A DNA stretch of 64,000 nucleotides from an uncultured delta proteobacterium (lineage in GTDB: Bacteria > Desulfobacterota > Binatia > Bin18): the NCBI GenBank assembly GCA_963733195.1, contig CAVTCR010000012.1:41529-105528 (forward strand), in the 5' to 3' direction. Position numbers and translations under genes: made by a program. Every line of letters begins with the position of its first letter. Position 1 is the first letter of the stretch. Below, piece after piece: positions 31,201 through 40,389 of this stretch. The notes beneath the pieces were generated by a model that was given only the letters and a program-made list of their open reading frames with translations, made no database searches and was not told where the DNA came from.

Positions 31201-31494
31201 GACCCCTACCCCCCAACCCCCAAGCGGGGGCGGAAGCCGAAGCGTGTTTCCTGAAAGCCATTGACATTGCCCGGAAGCAACAAGCCAAATCGCTCGAACT
31301 GCGCGCAGTGATGAGCTTAGTCCGACTACGAACAACAAGTCCAGGAGCACGCATCACGTTCCACGCACCACGAAGCACGCGCCAAGCTCGACGAAGCACA
31401 CAACATGCTATCTGAGGTCTACACTTGGTTTACGGAAGGGTTTGATACCAAGGATTTGCAAGAGGCGAAGGCGCTGCTGGAAAAGCTATCATAA
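28268..31494 (+). CDS. OmpR-type wHTH-AAA ATPase-TPR transcriptional regulator (several frameshifts)
   Basis: FDPFCLDRANQCLWRG..LKPKAFAVLRYL, IREIRKALGD..PRFIETLHRRGYRF, GEPGIGKT, EDVHWSD, TEGNPLF, C-terminal WFTEGFDTKDLQEAKALL. Confidence 0.85.
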
Positions 31495-31542
31495 GCGATC
31501 ATGATCATGCCCGACACAAGAGGGGCACACTTACTAAACCTT

Positions 31543-31559
31543 GCTCCCGGAATGGGAGC
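31543..31559. promoter_or_regulatory. Palindromic operator upstream of higBA
   Basis: GCTCCC-ggaat-GGGAGC, 17 bp before the toxin start. Confidence 0.6.
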
Positions 31560-31575
31560 GTGATAAACGTTATTC

Positions 31576-31869
31576 GTGCGGATTATTTCCGTGAAAACTC
31601 TACGGGATTTCTGGACTAAACACCCGCAAGCCGAAATACCACTACGGGCTTGGTACGCGCAAACAAGCAGGGCCGATTGGGCCAGTCCTGTGCAAATCAA
31701 AGCCGCGTATCGTAACGCAAGTTTTCTGGCCAACAACCGCATTGTTTTCAACATCAAGGGTAACGATTTTCGATTGGTTGTCGCGGTTCACTATAACCGG
31801 AGGATGATGTTCATCCGCTTTGTCGGTACGCATCACGAATACGATCGAATTGACGCCCAGAATATTTGA
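31576..31869 (+). CDS. higB: HigB mRNA interferase toxin
   Basis: MRIIS..LRDFW.KHP, RIVFNIKGNDFRLVV, IRFVGTHHEYDRID. Confidence 0.92.
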   Translation: MRIISVKTLRDFWTKHPQAEIPLRAWYAQTSRADWASPVQIKAAYRNASFLANNRIVFNIKGNDFRLVVAVHYNRRMMFIRFVGTHHEYDRIDAQNI

Positions 31870-31878
31870 GGTCGCACA

Positions 31879-32253
31879 ATGGAACTACGCCCCATAAAGA
31901 CCAAGCGAGCGTATCTTGCGGCACTGAAGGAAGCAGAGGCACTCTGGAATGCGCCTGAGGGATCGAAGGAAGGAGATCGGCTAGAGGTTCTGACGTTGCT
32001 TATTCAGGCCTACGAATCAACCCATTACCCGATTCCAGACCCCGATCCAGTGGAGTTCCTTTTGCATGTGATGGAAGCGCGCGAGATAACGCGTAAGGAT
32101 CTTGAGCCGTACCTTGGCTCGCGCGCACGCGTTGCAGAAGTGCTCAATCGTGTACGCCCTCTGACGCTAGAAATGATTCGGCGTCTTTCGGAAGGCCTCG
32201 GTATTCCGGCTGAAGTCTTGATTCGCAAGTACGAACTTAAGAATGCTGCTTGA
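31879..32253 (+). CDS. higA: HigA HTH antitoxin
   Basis: LRPIKT, DRLEVLTLLIQAYE, PDPVE, DLEPYLGSRARVAEVLNR.RPLTLEMIRRL. Confidence 0.92.
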   Translation: MELRPIKTKRAYLAALKEAEALWNAPEGSKEGDRLEVLTLLIQAYESTHYPIPDPDPVEFLLHVMEAREITRKDLEPYLGSRARVAEVLNRVRPLTLEMIRRLSEGLGIPAEVLIRKYELKNAA

Positions 32254-32313
32254 GATGAACACCGCGTCGAGGGAAATTCTGGGACGACGCGGCTGGTTCG
32301 AAGGATATTGATT

Positions 32314-33102
32314 ATGACAGATTCAGTTTTACTGATCGAAAAAAATGAAGGAATTGTCACACTAACGTTGAATCGTCCCCACGCGATGAATGCGTTGTCA
32401 CACGAATTACGGCAGGCAATCGTGCAAACGTTCGTGGCTCTGCAAAACGATCCTGAGACTCGGGTTGTTATTCTTACTGGTGCTGGCAAAGCCTTTTGTG
32501 CTGGACTCGATCTCAAGGAACTGGGGCAAACAGGGTTACCTTCGGTTGGCGCGCGCGGCGCGGTCGGTGGTGAAGATGATATTATTCAGGCGATGTCACA
32601 ATTTGACCGACCGATTATTGGGGCGATTAACGGTGTTGCTATCACTGGCGGTTTCGAACTGGCCTTGGCGTGTGACATCTTGATTGCGTCGAGTGCGGCG
32701 CGATTCGCCGATACCCATGCCCGCGTTGGTGCGATGCCAGGCTGGGGATTAAGTCAGAAACTCTCTCGTCTTCTTGGTATCTATCGCGCGAAAGAATTAT
32801 CCCTGACCGGAAATTTTCTCTCTGCTGAGAAAGCTGAAGCATGGGGATTAGTGAATCGTGTTGTTGCGCCAGAGGAGTTGCTGCCGACTTGTCGGACTTT
32901 AGCAACCGACATGCTTTCGTGTGTGCCTGAAGTCCTACGCAATCTGAAACGAACGATTGATGACGGATTTGCTGCGACGTTTACTGAGGGAATGAAAATT
33001 GAGTATGAAGCCTGGCGTGAACACAGTCGCACGGTCAAACCAGAAGACATTGCAACCCGACGAATCGGCATTCAGCAACGTGGCCGGGAGCAAGCATCCT
33101 AA
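32314..33102 (+). CDS. Enoyl-CoA hydratase/isomerase
   Basis: LTLNRP..MNAL, AFCAGLDLKE, AINGVAITGGFELALACD, FADTHARVG. Confidence 0.9.
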   Translation: MTDSVLLIEKNEGIVTLTLNRPHAMNALSHELRQAIVQTFVALQNDPETRVVILTGAGKAFCAGLDLKELGQTGLPSVGARGAVGGEDDIIQAMSQFDRPIIGAINGVAITGGFELALACDILIASSAARFADTHARVGAMPGWGLSQKLSRLLGIYRAKELSLTGNFLSAEKAEAWGLVNRVVAPEELLPTCRTLATDMLSCVPEVLRNLKRTIDDGFAATFTEGMKIEYEAWREHSRTVKPEDIATRRIGIQQRGREQAS

Positions 33103-33204
33103 CCTCCTCACGAAAGACACTATGGAGCCGGGAGAAAGATCCTTGCTAGACAACGGGAAGAACGCTGACTATGCTCCTTCCTAACTTCATAAAGGAGGTG
33201 GGTT

Positions 33205-33582
33205 ATGCCAGCACGTAAACCCGAAGAGTGCGATACGCTATTAGGTGAAGCGATCAACCGTGGTGACTTAGAAGCCGCAGTTGCCTTGTATGAACCAAAT
33301 GCGGCCTTCGTCCAAGAGCCGGGAAAAGTTGTCACCGGTCATGCAGCGGTGCGCGAAGCCATGAACGGGTTCTTGTCACTGAAACCAAAATTGTCGATCC
33401 AGGTCAATGCAGTGCAGAATGGTGGTGGTGACATTGCGCTCTTGCAGTCCAAATGGAACCTGACTGGCACCGGTCCAGATGGAAAGCCGATGTCGATGTC
33501 AGGGAATGGAGTTGAGGTTGTTCGCCGTCAGGCTGATGGTACGTGGAAGTTTATCATTGATAATCCGAACGGGGCGGCTTAA
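33205..33582 (+). CDS. NTF2/SnoaL-like (YybH-type) protein
   Basis: GDLEAAVALYEPNA, EVVRRQADGTWKFIIDNP. Confidence 0.85.
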   Translation: MPARKPEECDTLLGEAINRGDLEAAVALYEPNAAFVQEPGKVVTGHAAVREAMNGFLSLKPKLSIQVNAVQNGGGDIALLQSKWNLTGTGPDGKPMSMSGNGVEVVRRQADGTWKFIIDNPNGAA

Positions 33583-33591
33583 TCTCGCACT

Positions 33592-33664
33592 CTGGGAGCG
33601 CGGGCGTCCCGCCCGCACAAAAGCCTGTCCCGAGCCTCGAAGGGGAGACGGTCGCGCTCCCGGG
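33592..33664. repeat. REP-like palindrome with nested cctgtcccgagc..cgaaggg motif
   Basis: ctgggagcgcgggcgtcccgcccgca...gacggtcgcgctcccggg. Confidence 0.65.
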
Positions 33665-33693
33665 TTCGTTCTCAATCCCGAATTTCTCTCTTC

Positions 33694-34905
33694 ATGAGTT
33701 GGCAACGCGAAGTCGACGGCATCGAGGAGCGTAAACGCCTCGCACAAGAGCACGGCGGTACCGATCCCGTCTCTCGCCAACATGCGCAGGGACGCCTCAC
33801 TATCCGTGAACGTGTGGCTGGATTGGTCGATATTGCTTCTTTCCGTGAACAAGGCCCAATCGCTGGATACGCAGAAACTGACGAGCACGGGCAGATACAA
33901 ACGTTTACCCCGGCAAACTACGTCTTGGGTGTTGGCAAGATTGATGGGCGGCTTTGCGTGGTCGGTGGCGAGGATTTCACCGTGCGCGGTGGATCACCAT
34001 CGCCCGCCGGATTACGCAAGAGCGTGTTTGCCGAAGAATTAGCCTGGCGCTACCGTGTGCCATTAATTCGCTTCCTCGAAGGTGGTGGCGGCAGTGTACC
34101 ACGCGGCGATGGTAAAGGTGGCGGTGGTGGTGAAGCTGTTAACGCTCCGCCGCGTTTCATGTCGATCATGCAAGTGATGAGCGTGGTACCGGTGGTTTCG
34201 GCCGCGCTCGGCGCAGTTGCTGGCCTGCCCGCTGCTCGCTTAGTAGCATCGCACTTCTCCATCATGACAAAGCACACAGCGCAGGTAATGATCGGAGGTC
34301 CGGCCTTAGTTGAGCGCGCCTTTGGGCGGCGTCCGACCAAGGAAGAACTCGGCGGTCCAGACGTGCACTTGCGCAGCGGGGTTGTCGATAATGTTGCTGA
34401 CGACGAAGCCGGTGTCTTTGCGCAGATCCGACGTTTCCTCAGCTACCTTCCGACCAACGTCTGGGAAGCTGCACCTATAGTGCCGAGTGATGATGATCGT
34501 CATCGACAAGCGTCTGAACTGTTAGCGATCATTCCGCGCAATCGCCGTCGCGCTTATGACATGCGTCGGCTTATTGAGTATGTGGTCGATCGCGATTCGT
34601 TCTTTGAGTTGGCGGCATTGTACGGCCCGTCGCAGATTATTGGACTCGCACGACTCAACGGCCAGTCTGTTGGTATCTGGGCCAATGATCCAGCCTGGTA
34701 TGCCGGAGCGATGACCGCCGATGGAGCACAAAAAGTGCGGCGTTTTATCGACCTGTGCGATGCTTTCCATTTGCCCATCGCCTGCTTTGTTGATGAACCT
34801 GGTTTCATGATTGGCCCTGAGGCTGAACAAACTGCGACGATTCGTCGAAGGAATACGATCACACCGCAATCACAATCTTGCCGAAATGCGCAGCGCTTTC
34901 CATGA
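33694..34905 (+). pseudogene. Acyl-CoA carboxylase carboxyltransferase subunit, C-terminally truncated
   Basis: QHAQGRLTIRERV, DFTVRGGS, IGGPALV, EELGGPDVH, FVDEPGFMIG; homology stops at ATIRR (~34847) and the ORF runs into the convergent gene. Confidence 0.7.
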
Positions 34906-35869
34906 GCTTCAAGGCTTCGCGAGCTTGGTTGAATGGAAAGACGCGGTCGATCACTGGCTTGGTTTTGTGGATCGTCATCGCGCGATTCATGTCCTCGAAC
35001 ATCTCACGTGAGCCAACGTAGATACCTTGGAAACGAAGGCCTTTCATTAGCACAGGCATGGGGTCAATCTGCCCGCCGAGGCCGCTGAGAATACCGATCA
35101 AACCAACCGTACCCCCTACACGCGTAGCACGAAAGGAGCGTTCGAGTGTGCCTGCGCCACCGACTTCGGAGACATGATCGACGCCAACACCATTCGTGAG
35201 GCGTAGCACTTCCTTGTCCCAATCTGGGGTAGCTTTGTAATTGATCGTAGCCCACGCACCAAGTTGCTTGGCGCGAGCTAACTTCTCATCACTACTCGAA
35301 GTGATAATCACCCGTGCGCCGGCCATGACCGAGAATTGCAAGGTAAAGATCGATACGCCCCCGGTGCCTTGCACCAGTACCGTGTCGCCCGCCTTAAGGT
35401 TGCCTTTAGGAAACAGATCCTGCCATGCTGTGACTGCAGCGCAGGGTAGAGTGGCAGCGTCTTCGTAGGTCATATAGTCGGGAATCGACACGACACCATC
35501 CTCACTCAGCATAACTTGTTCAGCGAGCATGCCATCGATGGCACCGCCGAGTGCAGAGGTAAAATGATGGGGCATGATGTCGCCAGCGAGCCAGTTCTGG
35601 AAGAAGATACTTGCTACGCGGTCGCCGGTTTTGACGCGCGTGACGCCTGGTCCGACTTTGATCACTTCTCCAGCGCCATCAGAGCAAGGAATCCGGGGCA
35701 TTTTGGTTCCGAGTGCACCACCGTGCTTCACAGTCATGAAGTCACGATAGTTGAGTGACACGGCTTTGACCTTGACGACGATCTGGCCATGTCCAGGGGT
35801 TGGGTCAGGCTGGTCGGAGAGTTTAAGGTTATCGATACCGAAAGAATCGCGAATTTCGTATGCTTTCAT
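34859..35869 (-). CDS. NAD(P)-dependent MDR-family (zinc-type ADH-like) oxidoreductase
   Basis: AVSLNYRD, PCSDGAGEV, LPCAAVTAW, QGTGGVS, HFGKIVI. Confidence 0.9.
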   Translation of the reverse strand: MKAYEIRDSFGIDNLKLSDQPDPTPGHGQIVVKVKAVSLNYRDFMTVKHGGALGTKMPRIPCSDGAGEVIKVGPGVTRVKTGDRVASIFFQNWLAGDIMPHHFTSALGGAIDGMLAEQVMLSEDGVVSIPDYMTYEDAATLPCAAVTAWQDLFPKGNLKAGDTVLVQGTGGVSIFTLQFSVMAGARVIITSSSDEKLARAKQLGAWATINYKATPDWDKEVLRLTNGVGVDHVSEVGGAGTLERSFRATRVGGTVGLIGILSGLGGQIDPMPVLMKGLRFQGIYVGSREMFEDMNRAMTIHKTKPVIDRVFPFNQAREALKLMESAAHFGKIVIAV

Positions 35870-35885
35870 AGAATCCTCCTTCTTG

Positions 35886-35966
35886 TGTAGGGCGGGCTTG
35901 GCCCGCCATGAATATTTGGCAGGCACAGCCTGCCCTACGATTCTGGTGCACAGAGCGCATCCTACT
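35886..35966. repeat. Intergenic GTAG REP cluster
   Basis: tgtagggcgggcttggcccgcc...ggcaggcacagcctgccctacg followed by ggtgcacagagcgcatcctac. Confidence 0.8.
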
Positions 35967-36202
35967 GTGAGCAAAATTCTGCCGTTTGACAAGGCGGTGC
36001 TCCCTCTTTGGCATTCGCCTTACGGTGTGCTAGCGTCTGCCGTCTATAGAAAACAAGGCGAAACAGGATAAAGAAAAAGGGAAAAGGGGGAAAAGGGAAG
36101 ACTACAGAAGAGAATTCGATCTTTGCTTGACAAGTTTTCTTTTTTGCCGTTTCTCCTTTTTGCCTTTTTTCCTTTTCGCCTAAAGAGAGAGGAGAGAGGG
36201 AT

Positions 36203-37816
36203 ATGCCACGTACGTCAGAAGCGATTGTGCAAGCACTGAAGGAAGCTGGAATCACCACAATCTTCGGCATTCCCAGTATTCATAATATCGGTCTGTATGA
36301 TGCCATCCGCCGTGATGGTTCATTTCGTCACATTGTCTGTCGTCATGAAGCGGCAGCAACCCACATGGCTGATGGGTATGCCCGAGCGAGCGGCAGTACT
36401 GCGGTTATTATCTCTTCAACTGGACCTGGCGCAGGATTTACGCTCTCGGCGTTGCAAGAAGCCTGGGGCAGTTGCTCACCAGTGCTGATGATGACTTCGA
36501 ACATTGATGCGGCCAAGATTGGCAAAGGATTAGGCGTCCTGCATGAACTTGAAGAGCAAACATCGCTCTTTCGGACGGTGACGAAACAGACGTTCTCGCT
36601 TCGGGCGAGTGACGACCCGTATGCGACCATGAAAAAGGCACTTCATCTCACTCGCAGTAATCGCCCTGGTCCGGTTTACATGGAAGTGCCGCACGACTTG
36701 TGGGGCAATGAAGCGACCGTTTCCCCAGTATCCCAGCGGGACGGGCACTCGGTACCGTTGCCCTCACGTATCGAAGACGCCGTCGCGTTACTGAGACGCG
36801 CAAAACAGCCGGTGATCATTATTGGAACGGATGCAGCGCGAGCAAATCTGGCGGCAGATATTACCGCCTTGGCCGAAGCGTTATCGGCTCCGGTAGTGAG
36901 GTAGTACGCCGCAAAGGGGGTATTGGCAGAAGACCATCCCTTGTCGTTTGGGAATATTGCCCGACGCATGGTGGTGAAAGAGATTGTGCCAAGTTGTGAT
37001 GTCGCATTGGTGATCGGCACACGCCTGCGTGAGGTTGATGCTAAGCGTCGTGGTCTCGTACTGCCGGAACAGGTCATTCATGTTGATTGGGATGATCGCT
37101 GGATCGGCAAGAACTTTCCGACGACAGTTCCACTTGTGGGCGACCTTCCAGCTATTGCGAAAGAGCTACGTCATCAACTCGAAGGCGAACCATATGCCGG
37201 GCAACGACAAGACCGCGTTGCAGAGTGGCGCAAACAAACAGATGCCGAGTTGGCTCAGGTGCGGAAAGACTTGCACGAGGTCCGCTACCTCGACATCATT
37301 CGGCAGATTTTGCCGCGCGATAGTATGATCGTCGGTGATAACACGCAACTTGCCTATTGGGCGGAGTATTTCTATCCATCCTATCAATCTAACGGCATAA
37401 TTGCAGCGAAAGGCTCGGGCTTACTCGGCTTTAGTTTCCCAGGGGCGATTGGTGCGAAGGTGGCGCGACCCAATAAGCCTGTCGTCGGCATCATTGGTGA
37501 TGGAGGTTTCCTGTACACCTCACAAGAACTCGCGACGTGTGTTCGTCATAAGATCGGCTTTCCGATGATCGTAGTAAACGATAATGCTTACGGTGTGATC
37601 GGCTATCTACAGCGCACGGCCTTTCAGGAAGAATATGAGGCAAAGCTGACGAATCCGGACTTTGTGGCTTTTGCTAATTCCTTTGGTGTCGCTGCGACCC
37701 GCGTTAATTCGCCAGAGAGTCTTGGTAAAGCTCTAGAGAAAGCGCTAGCGGCTGGTGAAATGCACCTCATCGAATTGCAGACAACAATCGCCGCGCCACC
37801 ATTTGGCAAGTACTGA
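36203..37816 (+). CDS. Thiamine-pyrophosphate-dependent enzyme (acetolactate synthase-like); in-frame TAG at 36902
   Basis: IFGIPS.HN, RHEAAA..MADGYAR, TGPG, GDGGF...VVNDNAYG TPP motif; both halves share one frame. Confidence 0.85.
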
Positions 37817-37921
37817 AGACAGGGGTTGGGGGCTAGGGATTGGGGTTGGAAAAAACGTCGAAATCGAGCTTCAATGTAAGACGTAGTAGACGGTTTTCGT
37901 AAACTCAAAGGAGGGTTGGAG

Positions 37922-38566
37922 ATGACACAGGTCTTCACTATTGGGCTTATCATTGCGGTGTTCGGATTCGTTGCAGGTTGTGACTCCGGGTCTCAGGGGC
38001 CAGCGCAAGAGACGAAAAAGGAACCTCCCCCTGTATCTACACCTGCACCAACTGCTGCTGCGCCTGCGTCCAGCTCAACACCGGCAACTGCAACGGCTAC
38101 AGCGAAACCACGCAAACCGCCAAAGGAGACACCAGAAGAGGCTCGTAAGCAGTTAGAGACCCTTGGAGTTCAATATGACGAGAAGACGTTTTTTAAAACC
38201 GCAACTGATGGCAATGCTGCGGCTGTCGAGCACTTCGTGGCGGCAGGGATGAGCCCAAATGTGAAAGATGCGGGCAATTGGACACCACTTATGTATGCTG
38301 CGGAAAAAGGACACACTGCTGTGATTCAAGCTCTGCTTGATGGTGGGGCTGACGTCAACGCCAAAGACGGCGAAGGGAATACTGCTCTGACTTGGGCAGC
38401 CAATGAAGGGAAAGTGGACGCTGCGAAAGCTCTTATTGCCGGTGGGGCCGAGGTCAATATCCAGAACAAAAGTGGCACGACTCCGCTTACTCGGGCCCTG
38501 CTCTACAAGCGTGATGCGGTTGCTGAGGTACTCCGGCAAGCTGGCGCAACAGATCCACGACGGTAA
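37922..38566 (+). CDS. Ankyrin-repeat lipoprotein
   Basis: Lipobox VAGC, Pro/Ala/Thr linker, TPLMYAA/TALTWAA/TPLTRA ankyrin repeats. Confidence 0.85.
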   Translation: MTQVFTIGLIIAVFGFVAGCDSGSQGPAQETKKEPPPVSTPAPTAAAPASSSTPATATATAKPRKPPKETPEEARKQLETLGVQYDEKTFFKTATDGNAAAVEHFVAAGMSPNVKDAGNWTPLMYAAEKGHTAVIQALLDGGADVNAKDGEGNTALTWAANEGKVDAAKALIAGGAEVNIQNKSGTTPLTRALLYKRDAVAEVLRQAGATDPRR

Positions 38567-38718
38567 TGAGTAAGGAGAAGTAGCTTCGAGCGGTGAGCAT
38601 CGAGGAACGAGCAAGAGGCCCGTTATTTTCTACTCGGCTCCCGAACCTCGATCCTCGGTTCTTTTTGGATGCAGATGTTTCCGTGCGCAGAGCGCACGCT
38701 ACAAAGAGAGGGAAGAAT

Positions 38719-40332
38719 ATGACAGAACGTCGCCTATGCGCATGGGGCTGGGGATACGAAGATCAACAACCGACAGCAGATCAACAACAAGCGATGGCGA
38801 AAGGGATCGCGGCGAGCCTTGGGCGCGGTGATCTAACAATCGGCAAAACCCCGAAGGTGGATGACCTGGTGCTGCGCTCACCACGGGTTACGCCGCCTTC
38901 TTCTTTGGCGCATCTCTGTGCAACTGCGACGTATGACCGTGCTGTGCATTCCTATGGCAAAGCCTTTCCTGACCTGCTGCGCGCTTCACGTGGGGAGTTT
39001 CCTAATCCTCCAGATGTTGTCGCGTATCCAAAAACTGAAGCTGATATTGTGTCGCTTCTTGACTGGTGCTCGCAGGCCAACGCTGCGGTGACACCGTTTG
39101 GCGGTGGGTCTAGCGTGACTGCTGGAGTGGAGCCACCCGTGGAGGGACCGTATCGTGGCACAGTGACGATCGACTTAAAGCATCTTGATAAAGTGTTGGA
39201 GATCGACAAAACCTCGCGAGCTGCGCGTATTCAGGCGGGCGTGTATGGACCAGCTTTGGAAGATCAACTCCGCCCGCATGGCTATACGCTGCGGCATTAT
39301 CCCCAATCGTTTGAATTCTCCAGCTTAGGTGGATGGATCGCCACGCGGTCTGGTGGCCACTTCGCCACGCTCTACACGCACATTGATGATTTTGTTGAGT
39401 CGCTGCGTGTTATTACACCTAAAGGAACGATCGAATCCCGTCGCTTGCCCGGCTCTGGGGCTGGCCCGAGCCCTGACCGCATGTTCATCGGTTCTGAAGG
39501 GACGTTGGGGATCATCACCGAAGCGTGGATGCGGTTGCAAGATCGTCCGGTGTATCGTGCCTCTGCTGCCGTGCGGTTCTCCACGTTTGAAGCAGGCGTA
39601 GCGGCCACTCGTGCTATTAGTCAGGCTGGGTTGTATCCAACAAACTGTCGGTTACTCGATCCCGCGGAGGTGAAGCGGAATAATGTCGGCGATGGTAGTG
39701 GCACAATGCTGATGTTGGGTTTTGAGTCGGCAGATCATCCACTGGAGACATGGTTCAATCGGGCATTGGAGTGCTGCACTGATCATGGAGGCACGACACC
39801 GAACGGTGTGATCATTCGTGGTGGAGGCGAGACGACAGGACGCGGTGGTTCAGTCGGCGATTGGCGTGACGCCTTTATACGCATGCCGTATATGCTTGGT
39901 CCGATGGCGGCGATGGGCGCGATTTTCGATACGGTGGAGACCTCCATTCCGTGGAGCCGGTTTGCCGAGTTTCATGCCGGAGTGATGCAATCGACGCAAA
40001 AGGCGCTTGATGAAGTTTGTGGGGGTGGAATTCTCTCGTGCCGCTTTACCCACGTGTATCCAGATGGGCCAGCGCCGTACTACACGTTCTTGGGAGTAGG
40101 GAAGTCAGGTGGAGAAATGGAACAATGGAAAGCCGTCAAAGCTGCAGCCTGTGATGCGATGATTCGCCACGGCGGAACAATCACCCACCATCATTCCGTT
40201 GGTCGTATTCATCGCCCGTGGTACGACCGCCAGCGCCCAGATCTTTTTGCTAGCGCGCTACGCGCAGCAAAGGCAGCCCTTGACCCGCAAGGATTGCTGA
40301 ACCCTGGTGTGTTGATTGATCCGCAACGTTAA
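38719..40332 (+). CDS. FAD-linked oxidase, alkyl-dihydroxyacetonephosphate synthase (AgpS)-like
   Basis: WGWG, PFGGGSSV, HYPQSFEFSSLGGWIATRSGG, GSEGTLGII, CRFTHVYPDG, ITHHHSVG, LNPG. Confidence 0.85.
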   Translation: MTERRLCAWGWGYEDQQPTADQQQAMAKGIAASLGRGDLTIGKTPKVDDLVLRSPRVTPPSSLAHLCATATYDRAVHSYGKAFPDLLRASRGEFPNPPDVVAYPKTEADIVSLLDWCSQANAAVTPFGGGSSVTAGVEPPVEGPYRGTVTIDLKHLDKVLEIDKTSRAARIQAGVYGPALEDQLRPHGYTLRHYPQSFEFSSLGGWIATRSGGHFATLYTHIDDFVESLRVITPKGTIESRRLPGSGAGPSPDRMFIGSEGTLGIITEAWMRLQDRPVYRASAAVRFSTFEAGVAATRAISQAGLYPTNCRLLDPAEVKRNNVGDGSGTMLMLGFESADHPLETWFNRALECCTDHGGTTPNGVIIRGGGETTGRGGSVGDWRDAFIRMPYMLGPMAAMGAIFDTVETSIPWSRFAEFHAGVMQSTQKALDEVCGGGILSCRFTHVYPDGPAPYYTFLGVGKSGGEMEQWKAVKAAACDAMIRHGGTITHHHSVGRIHRPWYDRQRPDLFASALRAAKAALDPQGLLNPGVLIDPQR

Positions 40333-40389
40333 TTATCTCTACAATAAAAAGCCGACGGTCGAATTCATCGTATTGAGGAGAGTGCATGT

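Noticed and set aside
23274-31494. STAND genes as Avs-type anti-phage defence or DGR targets
   Set aside because: Effector domains are cyclase or wHTH rather than nuclease/TIR/SIR2; no reverse transcriptase or adenine-specific template/variable repeat pair was seen
36890-36925. In-frame TAG in the TPP enzyme as pyrrolysine or readthrough
   Set aside because: The surrounding peptide (VVR*YAAKG) departs from the expected family motif, consistent with compensating indels; no pyl genes in the window
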